A stretch of DNA of 64,000 bases, taken from sequence record FJ373894; one strand, given 5' to 3'. The notes under the pieces are model-generated. The model did not search any database. It saw nothing but the letters and a program-made list of their open reading frames with translations, and was not told the origin of the DNA. Position numbers and translations under genes: made by a program. Numbering within the stretch: position 1 is the first letter of the stretch; each line of letters begins with the position of its first letter. Positions 55,301 through 64,000 of this stretch are shown piece after piece. Source of the stretch: Shigella phage Ag3.

Positions 55301-57151
55301 GGTGACGTCAGCGCCACTTGCATTCTTCACGCTGACCAGCTTGTAGCCGTCGTGGTTGTTCAGCTGTACGCTGGCCGCCGAAGTGAACGTCACAGTCTCG
55401 GTGACTTCGGTAACAGTCTTGGTCTTGATCGTCGCTGTGGTGCGGACCATCAGTGCCAACAGGTTGATAGACTGGTTGGCGTACCCCGCACCCAGGGAAA
55501 TCTGCAGTGCTGAACCGACCGGAGTACCAGTCAGGGACAGTCCCGAAGAGATATCAAACTGAGCTGCAGTGCCGTCTGCCTTCGCCGCTGAGTACAAAGA
55601 GAATTCAGGGCTGAAGCTGTAACCCAGAGGAGCAGAGATAGAGCCTGCGCCTGCCGCGTTCAACGTGATCTTGTTTGACCGCAGGACGGTGTAGTTGATG
55701 TCGATGGTCCCCGTAGGAGCCAGCGTCTTCACACCAAATACAGGCAGAGGGAAGATCAGGTCAATTGCTGAACTCTGGCTGAACTGATTAGACTCCAGTT
55801 CGCAAGAGAACATTGTTGTACCGCTTTCTTCGTATGCAACTTTGGTGACAGTACCCATGTCCCCAGTGACAACGAGGTCGCGCATATACAGACGGAATTC
55901 CGCTCCAGAACGTTCTGCTGAAATCAGGAGGGCAGTGGCCTGGACAGCGCTGGATGCGTTCAGGAACTTGTAACGGATTGTGCGAGAGACAACCGGAACC
56001 CCTTTGGAGTTCTTGGACACCAGATAGTTGCCAGTCGCAACAGCCACAGGGTTGTTGTTCAGGGTATCGGTGTCACGGGCTTTATCAATAGTGACCAGCT
56101 CTTCGCCGAGGTTTTCGATACGACGGCCACGAACGTAGGAGATCCCTGGCTTCATGACCGCCACGAATTTGCTTGCGTCACCACCTTCGGCCGGAGTGTA
56201 CACGCCGCCGTTGTTGTTCTCTTTCAGATGTTCACGCAGGTCGATCTGGTGAGTAGAGACGTTGTAATCCCCGTTGGTCTCATAAGTGCGCTGCGCCATA
56301 CTGTCTTCGAGGATGTTGTAGGTGGACTGGGTCACCATGGACTGAATGCGCCCGTCTTTGACTTTCGCCAGTTCAACGAAGTCGGCCACTTCTTCATCAT
56401 AACCGTAGCGAGACAACACGAGGTCGATGCGCAGGCGATGCGCACCAGGGGCTTTGGAGTTCGGAGTACCCTGAGCATTGGAGAACAGACTTTCGTCTTC
56501 GGTTTCGGTGACGATGGTCTCTGTCACTTTGAATCCAACGCGGTGTGAGGTGGAGTTGGATGCGTTGTCGACGATCAGGGTAGCAGCCTCAACATCCAGG
56601 AACATGCCGCGGACGAAGTAAACGCCTTTGGTCATGCGCGCAACAATAGAGCCACCGACAGTAGCAGCCACACCATAGCCGACACGAATGAAATTATCGT
56701 TCACGTCGTAGGTGTTGAAGTACAGGTTGTCACCAGCTTCGAAACCGTCTGAACTACCACTCTCAGTCATCTCTAAGATGGCGTACATTGTATCCGGCTC
56801 AGCCAGGTAACGTTCCAGAGACAGGACGCGCGCTTTCGCATTGTTGTCCTTACCCAGAACATAGAGTTCGGAGATACCTTCCAGATCGGTGAACTCGCTA
56901 CCACCAGCCAGAGTGAACTTCATGGACACTGCGGTGTTGGTGATTGTCAGGCCGCCGGGGATAACCATCGAACCGTCTTTGAACAGATGGTTCCCGAGTT
57001 TCTCCAGCTGATCCTGGAAGATGGTCTGCATCTGGTTCAGTTCACGCGTCTGAACTTTGATAGGAGCCGGACGGAACAGGATGCGTGAAAAACGCTTCTC
57101 TGGATTCCAATCATCCCAGTATGGGCGGCGGTTGAGGTTCATTTCTTGCAT
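52313..57151 (-). CDS. large tail fibre/tail-spike protein (about 1612 aa)
   Basis: Start at 57151 (GGAG RBS; track extends to 57289); late motif CTAAATATC upstream; Thr/Ser/Gly/Asn-rich repetitive beta-type sequence. Confidence 0.7.
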   Translation of the reverse strand: MQEMNLNRRPYWDDWNPEKRFSRILFRPAPIKVQTRELNQMQTIFQDQLEKLGNHLFKDGSMVIPGGLTITNTAVSMKFTLAGGSEFTDLEGISELYVLGKDNNAKARVLSLERYLAEPDTMYAILEMTESGSSDGFEAGDNLYFNTYDVNDNFIRVGYGVAATVGGSIVARMTKGVYFVRGMFLDVEAATLIVDNASNSTSHRVGFKVTETIVTETEDESLFSNAQGTPNSKAPGAHRLRIDLVLSRYGYDEEVADFVELAKVKDGRIQSMVTQSTYNILEDSMAQRTYETNGDYNVSTHQIDLREHLKENNNGGVYTPAEGGDASKFVAVMKPGISYVRGRRIENLGEELVTIDKARDTDTLNNNPVAVATGNYLVSKNSKGVPVVSRTIRYKFLNASSAVQATALLISAERSGAEFRLYMRDLVVTGDMGTVTKVAYEESGTTMFSCELESNQFSQSSAIDLIFPLPVFGVKTLAPTGTIDINYTVLRSNKITLNAAGAGSISAPLGYSFSPEFSLYSAAKADGTAAQFDISSGLSLTGTPVGSALQISLGAGYANQSINLLALMVRTTATIKTKTVTEVTETVTFTSAASVQLNNHDGYKLVSVKNASGADVTSNFTLDGGQRDAAYYRSNLLSGTGAISGTFTVVYQYFAHSSGDFFTADSYSSIDYPDIPNYVSSSSGTVYGLADCLDFRPKITSGASDTDMVRPNTAIVLDAEYYLPRIDAVYLADNGVFNVARGVSSNNLASPAIPDNGMRLYELMIPPYTANIDDIQIRTIDNRRYTMRDIGKLETRISNVEYYTSLSQLESSAMTQQVFDPITGNPRFKNGIAADPFKDFRLIDDLSADWVGSIDTDNGRLRPFVQQNAVDLTPVGWNNVQDGMVVCNYTREISVRQDYATTTINVNPYAVFNWEGFLKLNPTTDYWFENYYVAPRVINETINTRGAIKEGSVYGTWRTVSVSERVWEPHGAGGVWWGYRYRTTVSTRDVTTYTYTDKTTTTLTGEQIVETQVIPYMRKTNINFEATGLRPFTRVYPFFSGRDVSAYCTPNGGSLGGALNTDANGNIKGVFAVPQNETVKFNTGDNVFRLTDSPVDSKSADDTLTNAEAVHKSFGKKQGIQKTYVNTRVLGYTATKSTENKTETVEVAKWKDPIAQSFMVATNIGGEYIEGIEVFFSTKSRDIPITLEIREMSNGLPATTVVTRKTLNPSEVSVSTDSSVPTMFKFDYPVYLQAQTEFAIVLLANTQDYNAYIAEMGKKNLLTNEYIAKQPYTGVFFTSSNGTTWTPNQTADMKFRVYRCNFSAGSNIVTFDAKVGPKIRPLGLNTVKCVNGSSTVTVYAPGHGLTAGESVTLSGLTGGCGFTPEQLNAQHTVTDATFTTFKFVLSSNADSDGQIGGEEASFLGNYLVDMFYASVTNSALEGSVLKLEYRYRDATSNSFSDWAEFESDTDVSLSTEGIYRQVGDFQVRATMTRNESNVYTAPMIDGDDFTIIFNTYGVDPFEDVFSYVTKDIGFDNPCTTLKQYFGAMLPSQSSMTVQVKLLRAGQEMDDVAWETVTPTSPLVNDGSTFFEYEYDKTVDSTNPFVGLKIRLLVRGNRTAPPSFKDFRLIALA

Positions 57152-57185
57152 TTTGATGCTCCATCGATAGGTGCCATTATAGAGA

Positions 57186-57194
57186 TATTTAGTA
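57186..57194 (-). promoter_or_regulatory. late promoter motif ACTAAATATC (large fibre gene)
   Basis: About 35 nt upstream of ATG 57151, downstream of terminator 57219-57243. Confidence 0.5.
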
Positions 57195-57214
57195 TACAGC
57201 CAACCGAGGAATAG

Positions 57215-57245
57215 AAAGAAAAAGCCCCTCATCTGAGGGGCTTTG
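57215..57245 (-). terminator. rho-independent terminator after tail spike 57250..59034
   Basis: AAAAGCCCCTC-atctg-AGGGGCTTT followed by T-rich tract. Confidence 0.7.
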
Positions 57246-57249
57246 TCTA

Positions 57250-59034
57250 TCAAGCGGAAGCATTCCATTGACCAGCATTGATCACCCATGTGCTCGTTAC
57301 TTTTGAATACACCATTTTCACGAGATTCATTTTCGTGGTGGCGGTGTTGGCACCAGTCACATCGACAGGGACACCCGCTATGCTCAATGAAGCAATGTTT
57401 GAACCTCTCAGTAAAAACGTCAGCTCCATACCATCATATGGCGTACCGGTAAATGCGATGTTGGAACCAGAAGAAACGTTTCTTCGATAGCACCCATAAC
57501 CGCTGTTTATGTCGACAGAGTCAGTTGTGAGCTGTAATGGCAATTTTCCACGACTTAATTTACATGCCGTTACAACGCCGAGATCATCAATGCCTCGACT
57601 TGCGCCCCAACGTGCGATGTTGACTATGTGGCCAGTCACACCAGCGTCTTGCGCACCACCAATGTCGAAGAAACCTCCAGCCCTTGTTCCCCATATCGGC
57701 TCATCAATTAAGCTGTTGGTGGAGTTGGTTATACTATACCCATGCGCGAGGGTTCCTTGGCTTGGGGAAGAGTGTGTACAATCTCGGAATGTGGCATCTT
57801 GAGAACCACTGATGCGGACATCAGAGATACTATTGTTCTCATAATACATTCCATACACCTTAGTTCCCTTGGCCTGATCCAAGAATCCATATTTCGTGGT
57901 ATTCTGGCTGAATCCGTTAACAAAACAGACTGCTTCTGTAGGGAATGTTGTGGTATAATCCCAAGAAGTCCCGCCGTCGGTGGAGTGTCTTACGATAATA
58001 CCATAATCCGGCATATCCACTTCCGGAGCACCAGAATAACCATCAAACCCTGTTATAACGATAGCATTGGCTCCGTTCTGTACTATTAACCGACTCGAAC
58101 CAGCCCCACCACCGATAACCTCACAACCGTCTATCTTCAATCCATAACACAAAGTCCCTATCTCTATCCCGATATTATTAATGGCTGTGCCCATGTCCAC
58201 CCACATCATATCTAGATGACCATGGTTCCTCCAATATTTGGCTCTGAAAGCGACGCAACCCGTTTTACCATTCAACGATATCCTGATATTGTGTAATTTG
58301 CAGTTTCTCACTGCATTCCCACCAGAACGAGAAGGATCAATCGTGAGTACACCAACGTTGTTTTCACCAGCCAAGAATAATGCGCCGGAATGTGCATAAA
58401 TTTCAGAGTTAGGATAAAACGCCAACGCCTGGCCAGTTACCGTATAGTTGCCAGGAAGAAACTGGAATGTCCCACCCTGGGATAATTTAGTTTGTATAAG
58501 AGACTGAGACATCGAAGGGTCGATAACAGTTAGACGATAAAACCCAGAGTATAACTCATCTCTTAATGCATCTGGATCCAATTTCACCCAGTTAGAACTT
58601 GACAATCCACCAGTATTGGCAATGGTGCCACCAGCGTTTACAGATTTGGGTAAAGTCCCACCCCAACGGTAAAGACTTGTACCATCAGAAACGACTTCAT
58701 TTCTTACACGTATCGTGAACCCCGAATCGAAGTTTTCGACCAAAGTTACAAATTCCTTCCGAAGTACTGCAAGAACCCCCAGGTCTACGGTGCCCGTATT
58801 GTGTACGAGAATGCCGTCTGCCATGCTGGTGATGGTAGCGCCAGCAGGCAGGTTAGAAGGCAGAGCATAGGAGCGCTGGGGCACCTTGTCGTAGATCACC
58901 TTATAACCAGTCAGGGTGGATCCTGGTTTAGCATACAGAACCTCGGACTTCTTGCACCCGAACTTGCGTGCAATAGAGTCCTTGTTGGTCTCTTTCGAGA
59001 CCGTACCTTTCGGCTGTGAAAATTGCGGATTCAT
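57250..59034 (-). CDS. tail-spike protein (MNPQFSQPKG N-terminal anchor type)
   Basis: Shares N-terminus with 61698..63719 product; Gly/Asn/Ser-rich beta-helix-like body; late motif CAACTAAATAAGCC upstream. Confidence 0.7.
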   Translation of the reverse strand: MNPQFSQPKGTVSKETNKDSIARKFGCKKSEVLYAKPGSTLTGYKVIYDKVPQRSYALPSNLPAGATITSMADGILVHNTGTVDLGVLAVLRKEFVTLVENFDSGFTIRVRNEVVSDGTSLYRWGGTLPKSVNAGGTIANTGGLSSSNWVKLDPDALRDELYSGFYRLTVIDPSMSQSLIQTKLSQGGTFQFLPGNYTVTGQALAFYPNSEIYAHSGALFLAGENNVGVLTIDPSRSGGNAVRNCKLHNIRISLNGKTGCVAFRAKYWRNHGHLDMMWVDMGTAINNIGIEIGTLCYGLKIDGCEVIGGGAGSSRLIVQNGANAIVITGFDGYSGAPEVDMPDYGIIVRHSTDGGTSWDYTTTFPTEAVCFVNGFSQNTTKYGFLDQAKGTKVYGMYYENNSISDVRISGSQDATFRDCTHSSPSQGTLAHGYSITNSTNSLIDEPIWGTRAGGFFDIGGAQDAGVTGHIVNIARWGASRGIDDLGVVTACKLSRGKLPLQLTTDSVDINSGYGCYRRNVSSGSNIAFTGTPYDGMELTFLLRGSNIASLSIAGVPVDVTGANTATTKMNLVKMVYSKVTSTWVINAGQWNASA

Positions 59035-59077
59035 AAGAATCTCCTGTTGTTTATTCTCGATGGTATGCGCAACGGCT

Positions 59078-59086
59078 TATTTAGTT
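59078..59086 (-). promoter_or_regulatory. late promoter motif CAACTAAATAAGCC (tail spike)
   Basis: About 45 nt upstream of ATG 59034. Confidence 0.5.
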
Positions 59087-59203
59087 GTCGGCGAGTCCAG
59101 GTATGCCGCCACCGAATATGTTGCTGGTGAACGCGCAACTGGATTGGCTTATCGAACAGACTGGAACAAAGCGCGTTATCAGGTCTGACATGGACGAATG
59201 CGA

Positions 59204-59230
59204 CTGAAGAAAAGGTCCCTTTCGGGACCT
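59204..59230 (-). terminator. rho-independent terminator after tail spike 59236..61512
   Basis: AGGTCCC-tttc-GGGACCT followed by TTTTCTTC on minus strand. Confidence 0.7.
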
Positions 59231-59235
59231 TGACT

Positions 59236-61512
59236 TTAGTTCTGAATCAACACGGCATTGTACGATAGTGGAAAATCACCAGAAGTTCCTGAACGGGTAA
59301 ACTGGTAGTTAGACCCAGAAACACCAGCAGCGACAGACGCCAACTGACTCGCTGAAGTGGCTGTCACCGCAATGCTACGGCCAGATACCAGGCTAACTAT
59401 ACCGACAGCGGCAGTAACGGACCCAACGCCATTCGGGATAGTAACTAACCCGACTTGCTTGTCCGGGTGTGTCGGGGAGTCATAATGGTAGAACTTACAC
59501 GAAGCTCCACCCACAAAAACCTGCCCGTAAAAGTAACAATTTTTTGTTGTTACGCTAGAGCCACCAGTTTGGTTATCTAAAACAGTAATTCCCAGTGGCT
59601 TATTTGCCAGGAATGTACAATTTTCCGCAGTTACTCCAACTACAGAGTTCACTAAAAGGTCTCCCTGCTGTGCTGCATCAATGTCATTGTTCTGGAAAAG
59701 GCAATTCACAAGCTTTGGTCTTGCCGGTACTAGGCCACCTTCTTTAATAATCTCAAGACCAAAGTAACGGCTGTCAGAGAATTTAACACCTGTAGCCATA
59801 AACTCATTACAAGAACCCTGAATTACCACACAAGATTTATTACCGCTGCGGTTGCTGCTGTAATACCCGTTTGTTAATTGTAAATACTGAGTATTAGTCG
59901 CTCTCAGTGCAATACCGGTGGCAAGGTCTGACATGACGTCAGTCAGCCATATCCACCGGCAGTTAACTATCTCTATAGCTGCGGTGCCTAAAGTGTTATC
60001 ACCACAGGCGTAGAATCTATCGCCTAGCAGCTCAATACCCTCTATGTTCGTGCTCACATGAGAGCTGTTTTCGGTTATGAACAGCCCGCATTTACACCCA
60101 TTGAATGTATTCTGGTTAAATCGAGTGTTAATCTGTCCCCCACCAAGTACAACACCGTATGTACTGGCAGCGAATCTGTTGAACCTGAAATCAAGCTCTC
60201 CAGCCCCATAACCGCCGGGTGCATCTACGCAATATTTAAGGAAGGCAAAAGAACAATTTTCAACTGTAACCAAAGGCGCTTCGATTCGTATACCAGTTGA
60301 TGTGGATTCTACGGTAACTGACTGAATCGTAAAGTCCGCAAGTCTTGCAAATTCATGAGTAACCTTGAAACATGTATCTCCGTCATTTTCAGGGCAGAAT
60401 GTCGTGTTGAGCTTGCCCGCTCCGATAAGATTGGCGGGGCTATCAATAACAATATCTTTTACGAAATATTTCTCCGTTGCCGCCGGGACAAATACTGTAT
60501 TAGACGCTGTAGAGGCGAGCTTAGCTGCGGCCAATGCGGCATTGATGGCCTGTGACCATGTATTAGACCCAGTTTTATAGTCGGCGGCATTGAAATAGAC
60601 GGCATGGCGGGCGTTAATTATAGCCTGCTCTACAGTAACACCAGAAGAAGTCCCGACTAACGTAGCCCCGGAGCTTGCCGCTAAATCGTTTCTTAAATTT
60701 GGGTCCGTTTGTGGAGTCCAGTCGGCAACAGCAACAGGGTTGGTACTTGCTGCGATTACATGCGGCAATGCACCACTCCAGGAATACCAGGTCTTACTTA
60801 CCGGGTCATATACCACTTTGTCACGGTCATTAATTGTTAAAGTGCCGCCTACGCTAAAAGTTAAACCAGAGTCAGCGTAGCCATTTTCAATAGCCCAGTT
60901 GAGTTTTAACTTGATCAAATCATCACCAACAGAGTCTAAACTCTGTTGCACCGTTTGCCCCGACGTAGTTCCAACAAGGCTTGCCCCATTATCAGAAGCC
61001 AACGCCAGGTAATTTTGTTTTACGGACATTTCTGACACGACCCAAACTCCAGCCGCAGGCGAACCTGTGAGGAAACTCACAACTCCTGTTGTGCTGTTGT
61101 AGCTGTAGTTGACACCAGGAACCTGGAACTTCCCGTCAACATACAGAGACTGTACGCCGTAGGTTGTGAAGTCTGGCGTGAAAGTAGTCTCGTTACCGTC
61201 CGCCTGAAACTTGTAGATTCTGATCCCGTTTTCATAATCTTCTGGGGACAGGATCTTGTCAAACAGACAGTACACTACATCATCAGCCTCTAGTGCTCGA
61301 CCGAGGTTGACTGTGTTGCCATCGATTTCATAGTTGTCGACAGGAACCTGAACACCACCATTGATAGTGATGAAGCCCGTAACGGGATAGAACGGGAGGG
61401 AGATAAACGTCTCTCCACCCGTTGCGGTATAAGTGTATGGAATCTGGTGTGGTGCTGTTACAACCGCTCCAAAGATGCTCTCGACGTTTCTGGTCATTTG
61501 AAGATACCCCAT
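59236..61512 (-). CDS. tail-spike protein (distinct N-terminal domain)
   Basis: 758 aa; Gly/Asn/Thr-rich beta-helix-like body; late motif CGCTAAATACCCC upstream. Confidence 0.7.
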   Translation of the reverse strand: MGYLQMTRNVESIFGAVVTAPHQIPYTYTATGGETFISLPFYPVTGFITINGGVQVPVDNYEIDGNTVNLGRALEADDVVYCLFDKILSPEDYENGIRIYKFQADGNETTFTPDFTTYGVQSLYVDGKFQVPGVNYSYNSTTGVVSFLTGSPAAGVWVVSEMSVKQNYLALASDNGASLVGTTSGQTVQQSLDSVGDDLIKLKLNWAIENGYADSGLTFSVGGTLTINDRDKVVYDPVSKTWYSWSGALPHVIAASTNPVAVADWTPQTDPNLRNDLAASSGATLVGTSSGVTVEQAIINARHAVYFNAADYKTGSNTWSQAINAALAAAKLASTASNTVFVPAATEKYFVKDIVIDSPANLIGAGKLNTTFCPENDGDTCFKVTHEFARLADFTIQSVTVESTSTGIRIEAPLVTVENCSFAFLKYCVDAPGGYGAGELDFRFNRFAASTYGVVLGGGQINTRFNQNTFNGCKCGLFITENSSHVSTNIEGIELLGDRFYACGDNTLGTAAIEIVNCRWIWLTDVMSDLATGIALRATNTQYLQLTNGYYSSNRSGNKSCVVIQGSCNEFMATGVKFSDSRYFGLEIIKEGGLVPARPKLVNCLFQNNDIDAAQQGDLLVNSVVGVTAENCTFLANKPLGITVLDNQTGGSSVTTKNCYFYGQVFVGGASCKFYHYDSPTHPDKQVGLVTIPNGVGSVTAAVGIVSLVSGRSIAVTATSASQLASVAAGVSGSNYQFTRSGTSGDFPLSYNAVLIQN

Positions 61513-61529
61513 AGAGGATTTGCCAATAT

Positions 61530-61540
61530 GGGGTATTTAG
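61530..61540 (-). promoter_or_regulatory. late promoter motif CGCTAAATACCCC (tail spike)
   Basis: About 20 nt upstream of ATG 61512; same 18-mer as the uvsW copy. Confidence 0.5.
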
Positions 61541-61697
61541 CGAATGGATAAGAAGTCGCAGGACTACCCACTTGTTTTATCTGATTACGAATTTACCCAG
61601 GCTGATATCGTTAATCAGCGTAGCCACTATGTTTGCCAGTTGGGTGGTTGTTAACGTGTTCACATCACCACGCAATTGCTGGCTACAACAATGATTG

Positions 61698-63719
61698 TTA
61701 GCTTAGATTTAGACTAAACCCACCATTTGACTTGCTTATCATACCACGAACAGTTTTGTTGCCTCCACCGCTGTATTCGTCATATTGCATTTTGACATTT
61801 ACAGCGATGTTGGCGTCAATTGAATCCCATCCAGCAAAGTTCAGGAACACATTTCCGCTAGTGTCTACTGATATTGTTGGCGTGGCTGCTGTTCCTTTTG
61901 TGAACGTACTTTGCACTGAACCTTCCATTGTGCTTGCTGCTGGAGTTGTACCCATCACTAATGTTCCCTGCAATCGCCCATGCCATGCGCTAGAAACACC
62001 TGAAACCGGGGAGTTGGCTACAACATCAACCGTCCACAAACTTACGTTTCGGTACGTACTCACAGTGCCAATTTTAAAATTCCTGGAATCTCCAGCGGCT
62101 TTAATGAACAGCATTGAACCCGTAGCGCATTTACTTGAATCAGGCGCTGCACCTGCAGATGCAAAATCAGAGAATGTGCAATTATCAAATTTTACTTTGC
62201 TGTAATCGGTAGCTGTTAACTTAGCTTCTGGTGCATTAACATTTTCGAATTTAACTCCGCCATAGTTCGCCACTGCGCCTGTAAGCTGATTGGTATTGAC
62301 ATATACATCACCACCATTCAGCTTTCGGACCACCAGGTCACGACAGATAAATCCATTAATAGAATCGCCTGACGTCCAGTTATCGTTGGTGTTGAAGTTA
62401 AAGAACCATGCATGGTTACCAGAGTCTCCGCCGCCAAGTTCTATGCGTCCGGTGATCACAATATTTGAATAACCATAGCCACGCGGGTTATTATCTGCTA
62501 CAGACTCGTCAATCAGCTTTGTTGTGCCAATAACACTTCCCCAATTCCCCCCGACGACATCATAATTGATGGTTATGTTACGCATCAGCCCGGCAATCAT
62601 CGTCTCTGTTATGGTGCTGTCCCAACCCCAATCCAGCCATATTGGTGCTACGCGGTACGGAAGCGTGTAACGCCCTGTGCTACGATATTTGTAATTGACT
62701 GTAAGATTAGATATTTGATTATCCATGTTACCGTTATAGAAATACATTTTGATTGGCGTACCCTGTTGAGTATCAATGGCATCAACAGTTATCTGGCCAC
62801 CACCACAATTGTTCGTCAGAAAGAAATCACGACGGCAACCATTATTAACTGTATGGATGTCAACTACACCAACATTACCAAGGAGATGTGGATAGCGAGT
62901 GTCATTGTTCACACTGCGAGCAAAGAGATTTTTTACATTAGTACATTCGTAGCCTTGATAGCACTTGTTAGTCTTGCCAATAAATGTGAAATTATTGCAT
63001 CCATTCAGGCGCAGTGGGGTTAGTCCGCGTTTGTCATCACCGACATACTCAAGGGTGGAAGAAGCATCCACTTCAAACACCAGATTGGTGATATTCGTCA
63101 GGTCGAACACGCGCGTCAGGTCAAATGCACCGGAGTAAAGCAGGGTGTCCCTGATAACCAGTCCGCGAATTTCAAGGCAGTCCATATTACTTAAAGTAAA
63201 GATGGTACTAAGACCGCCACTACCAGGACCAAAGTTCACAACCTGGTCAAAAATAATTTCAACACTTTTTAGGTTGTTAGATGTGATGTAAGACTGCAAA
63301 GATTGCAGTGTACCGAATCGGGAGAAGTAAAGGACACGTTTGTTTACAACTGAATCAAGAGCATCTTTTACTGTAGATGATTCGTATCCGACAAGACTTG
63401 CCTTTTCACCCGTCAGCAGTTCAGAACCCAGCGTTTTGCTTTCAACGCTAACCCATGCTGAAGATGATACACCACCAGTTGATTGTGGTGTTGAGTTTTT
63501 GTTCACAGTTTTGGGCAAAGACCCACCCCAGGTATAACACTGGGCACCATTGATATGCCACACGGCGTCGGTTGCAGTCGTCACAGTAGCACCGTCTTCA
63601 AAACTACCTTCGACCAAATTAAGACCTAAATCCGACAAAGCCCGCCGCCACAATTCACGCGGGTTTTTGTTGATTTCTTTGGCTGTTGAACCTTTCGGCT
63701 GATTGAATTGCGGATTCAT
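61698..63719 (-). CDS. tail-spike protein (MNPQFNQPKG N-terminal anchor type)
   Basis: 673 aa; first about 20 codons about 75% nucleotide-identical to the 57250..59034 gene. Confidence 0.7.
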   Translation of the reverse strand: MNPQFNQPKGSTAKEINKNPRELWRRALSDLGLNLVEGSFEDGATVTTATDAVWHINGAQCYTWGGSLPKTVNKNSTPQSTGGVSSSAWVSVESKTLGSELLTGEKASLVGYESSTVKDALDSVVNKRVLYFSRFGTLQSLQSYITSNNLKSVEIIFDQVVNFGPGSGGLSTIFTLSNMDCLEIRGLVIRDTLLYSGAFDLTRVFDLTNITNLVFEVDASSTLEYVGDDKRGLTPLRLNGCNNFTFIGKTNKCYQGYECTNVKNLFARSVNNDTRYPHLLGNVGVVDIHTVNNGCRRDFFLTNNCGGGQITVDAIDTQQGTPIKMYFYNGNMDNQISNLTVNYKYRSTGRYTLPYRVAPIWLDWGWDSTITETMIAGLMRNITINYDVVGGNWGSVIGTTKLIDESVADNNPRGYGYSNIVITGRIELGGGDSGNHAWFFNFNTNDNWTSGDSINGFICRDLVVRKLNGGDVYVNTNQLTGAVANYGGVKFENVNAPEAKLTATDYSKVKFDNCTFSDFASAGAAPDSSKCATGSMLFIKAAGDSRNFKIGTVSTYRNVSLWTVDVVANSPVSGVSSAWHGRLQGTLVMGTTPAASTMEGSVQSTFTKGTAATPTISVDTSGNVFLNFAGWDSIDANIAVNVKMQYDEYSGGGNKTVRGMISKSNGGFSLNLS

Positions 63720-63765
63720 GTGAATCTCCTGTTGTTCTCATGAAGCCCCGAAGGGGCTTTATCAA

Positions 63766-64000
63766 TTAGAAGTTGCGAGACATCTCGAACCATATACCAG
63801 CTCGGCGCTGGAGAGTCATGATAGCCAAGCCACCGGAAGCCGTGGCGTTCACCCCACCTTTGAGGCGCATCACAGTACTATTGTGAGTGAGGACAACCCC
63901 ATCACCCATACGCAGGTTGATAATATCACCCGATTGTGCACCAGTGAAGTCGGTGATGGTTCCTGAAGCGATATACAGATTCGGACCAAACACCGCAGAT
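63766..64000 (-). CDS. C-terminal part of a protein running off the right edge (probable structural)
   Basis: Minus frame open from window end to stop at 63766; track ORF starts at first in-window Met (63993). Confidence 0.4.
   Translation of the reverse strand, partial: SAVFGPNLYIASGTITDFTGAQSGDIINLRMGDGVVLTHNSTVMRLKGGVNATASGGLAIMTLQRRAGIWFEMSRNF

Noticed and set aside
57152-57289. 46-codon N-terminal extension of the large fibre ORF
   Set aside because: Extension crosses the upstream terminator hairpin and late promoter; ATG at 57151 has a GGAG RBS at correct spacing
1-64000. CRISPR array or integrase/attachment site
   Set aside because: No regularly spaced direct repeats and no recombinase-like ORF; content is that of a virulent phage

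Overview
This 64-kb window is a segment of a large virulent myovirus genome with T4-type core genes, almost all on the minus strand. Reading the minus strand from high to low coordinates: four large tail-spike/fibre proteins (63719-52313), a collinear T4-like morphogenesis block gp13-gp14-gp15-gp16-gp17-gp18-gp19-gp20-gp67-gp68-gp21-gp22-gp23 (51702-38566), an island of small early genes (38473-35383), a tail-tube paralogue and a late protein, uvsY-nuclease-uvsW (33182-30447), a 340-bp AT-rich regulatory hub, the clamp/clamp-loader operon gp45-gp44-gp62-regA (29738-27078), a ~20-kb accessory region (27061-7282), then gp55-gp47-gp46 (7270-3039) and small early genes. The accessory region holds a Prs/NAMPT-like fusion ORF, a VWA protein, an ACP-like protein, an Fe-S helicase, HU, RnhA-type RNase H, and many secreted proteins and lipoproteins. 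The large terminase gene is interrupted in-frame by a 159-aa mini-intein inside its P-loop. Regulatory signals are recurrent: sigma70-like early promoters fused to stem-loops (PeSL-like), a late-promoter motif CTAAATAcc (not T4 TATAAATA), rho-independent terminators, and a conserved initiation-region motif GGA(A/C)CTATATCATG on at least seven early genes. Gene order, the late motif and paired tail spikes sharing an MNPQF(N/S)QPKG N-terminus suggest an Ackermannviridae-like (ViI/CBA120-type) phage rather than a true Tevenvirinae; this is inference. No rRNA, tRNA or CRISPR array was seen. All protein calls rest on motifs recognised by eye from the translations; no database search was run. Start codons were refined manually and may be off by a codon; one ORF (10838..11086) could not be reconciled to the base and track coordinates are kept there.
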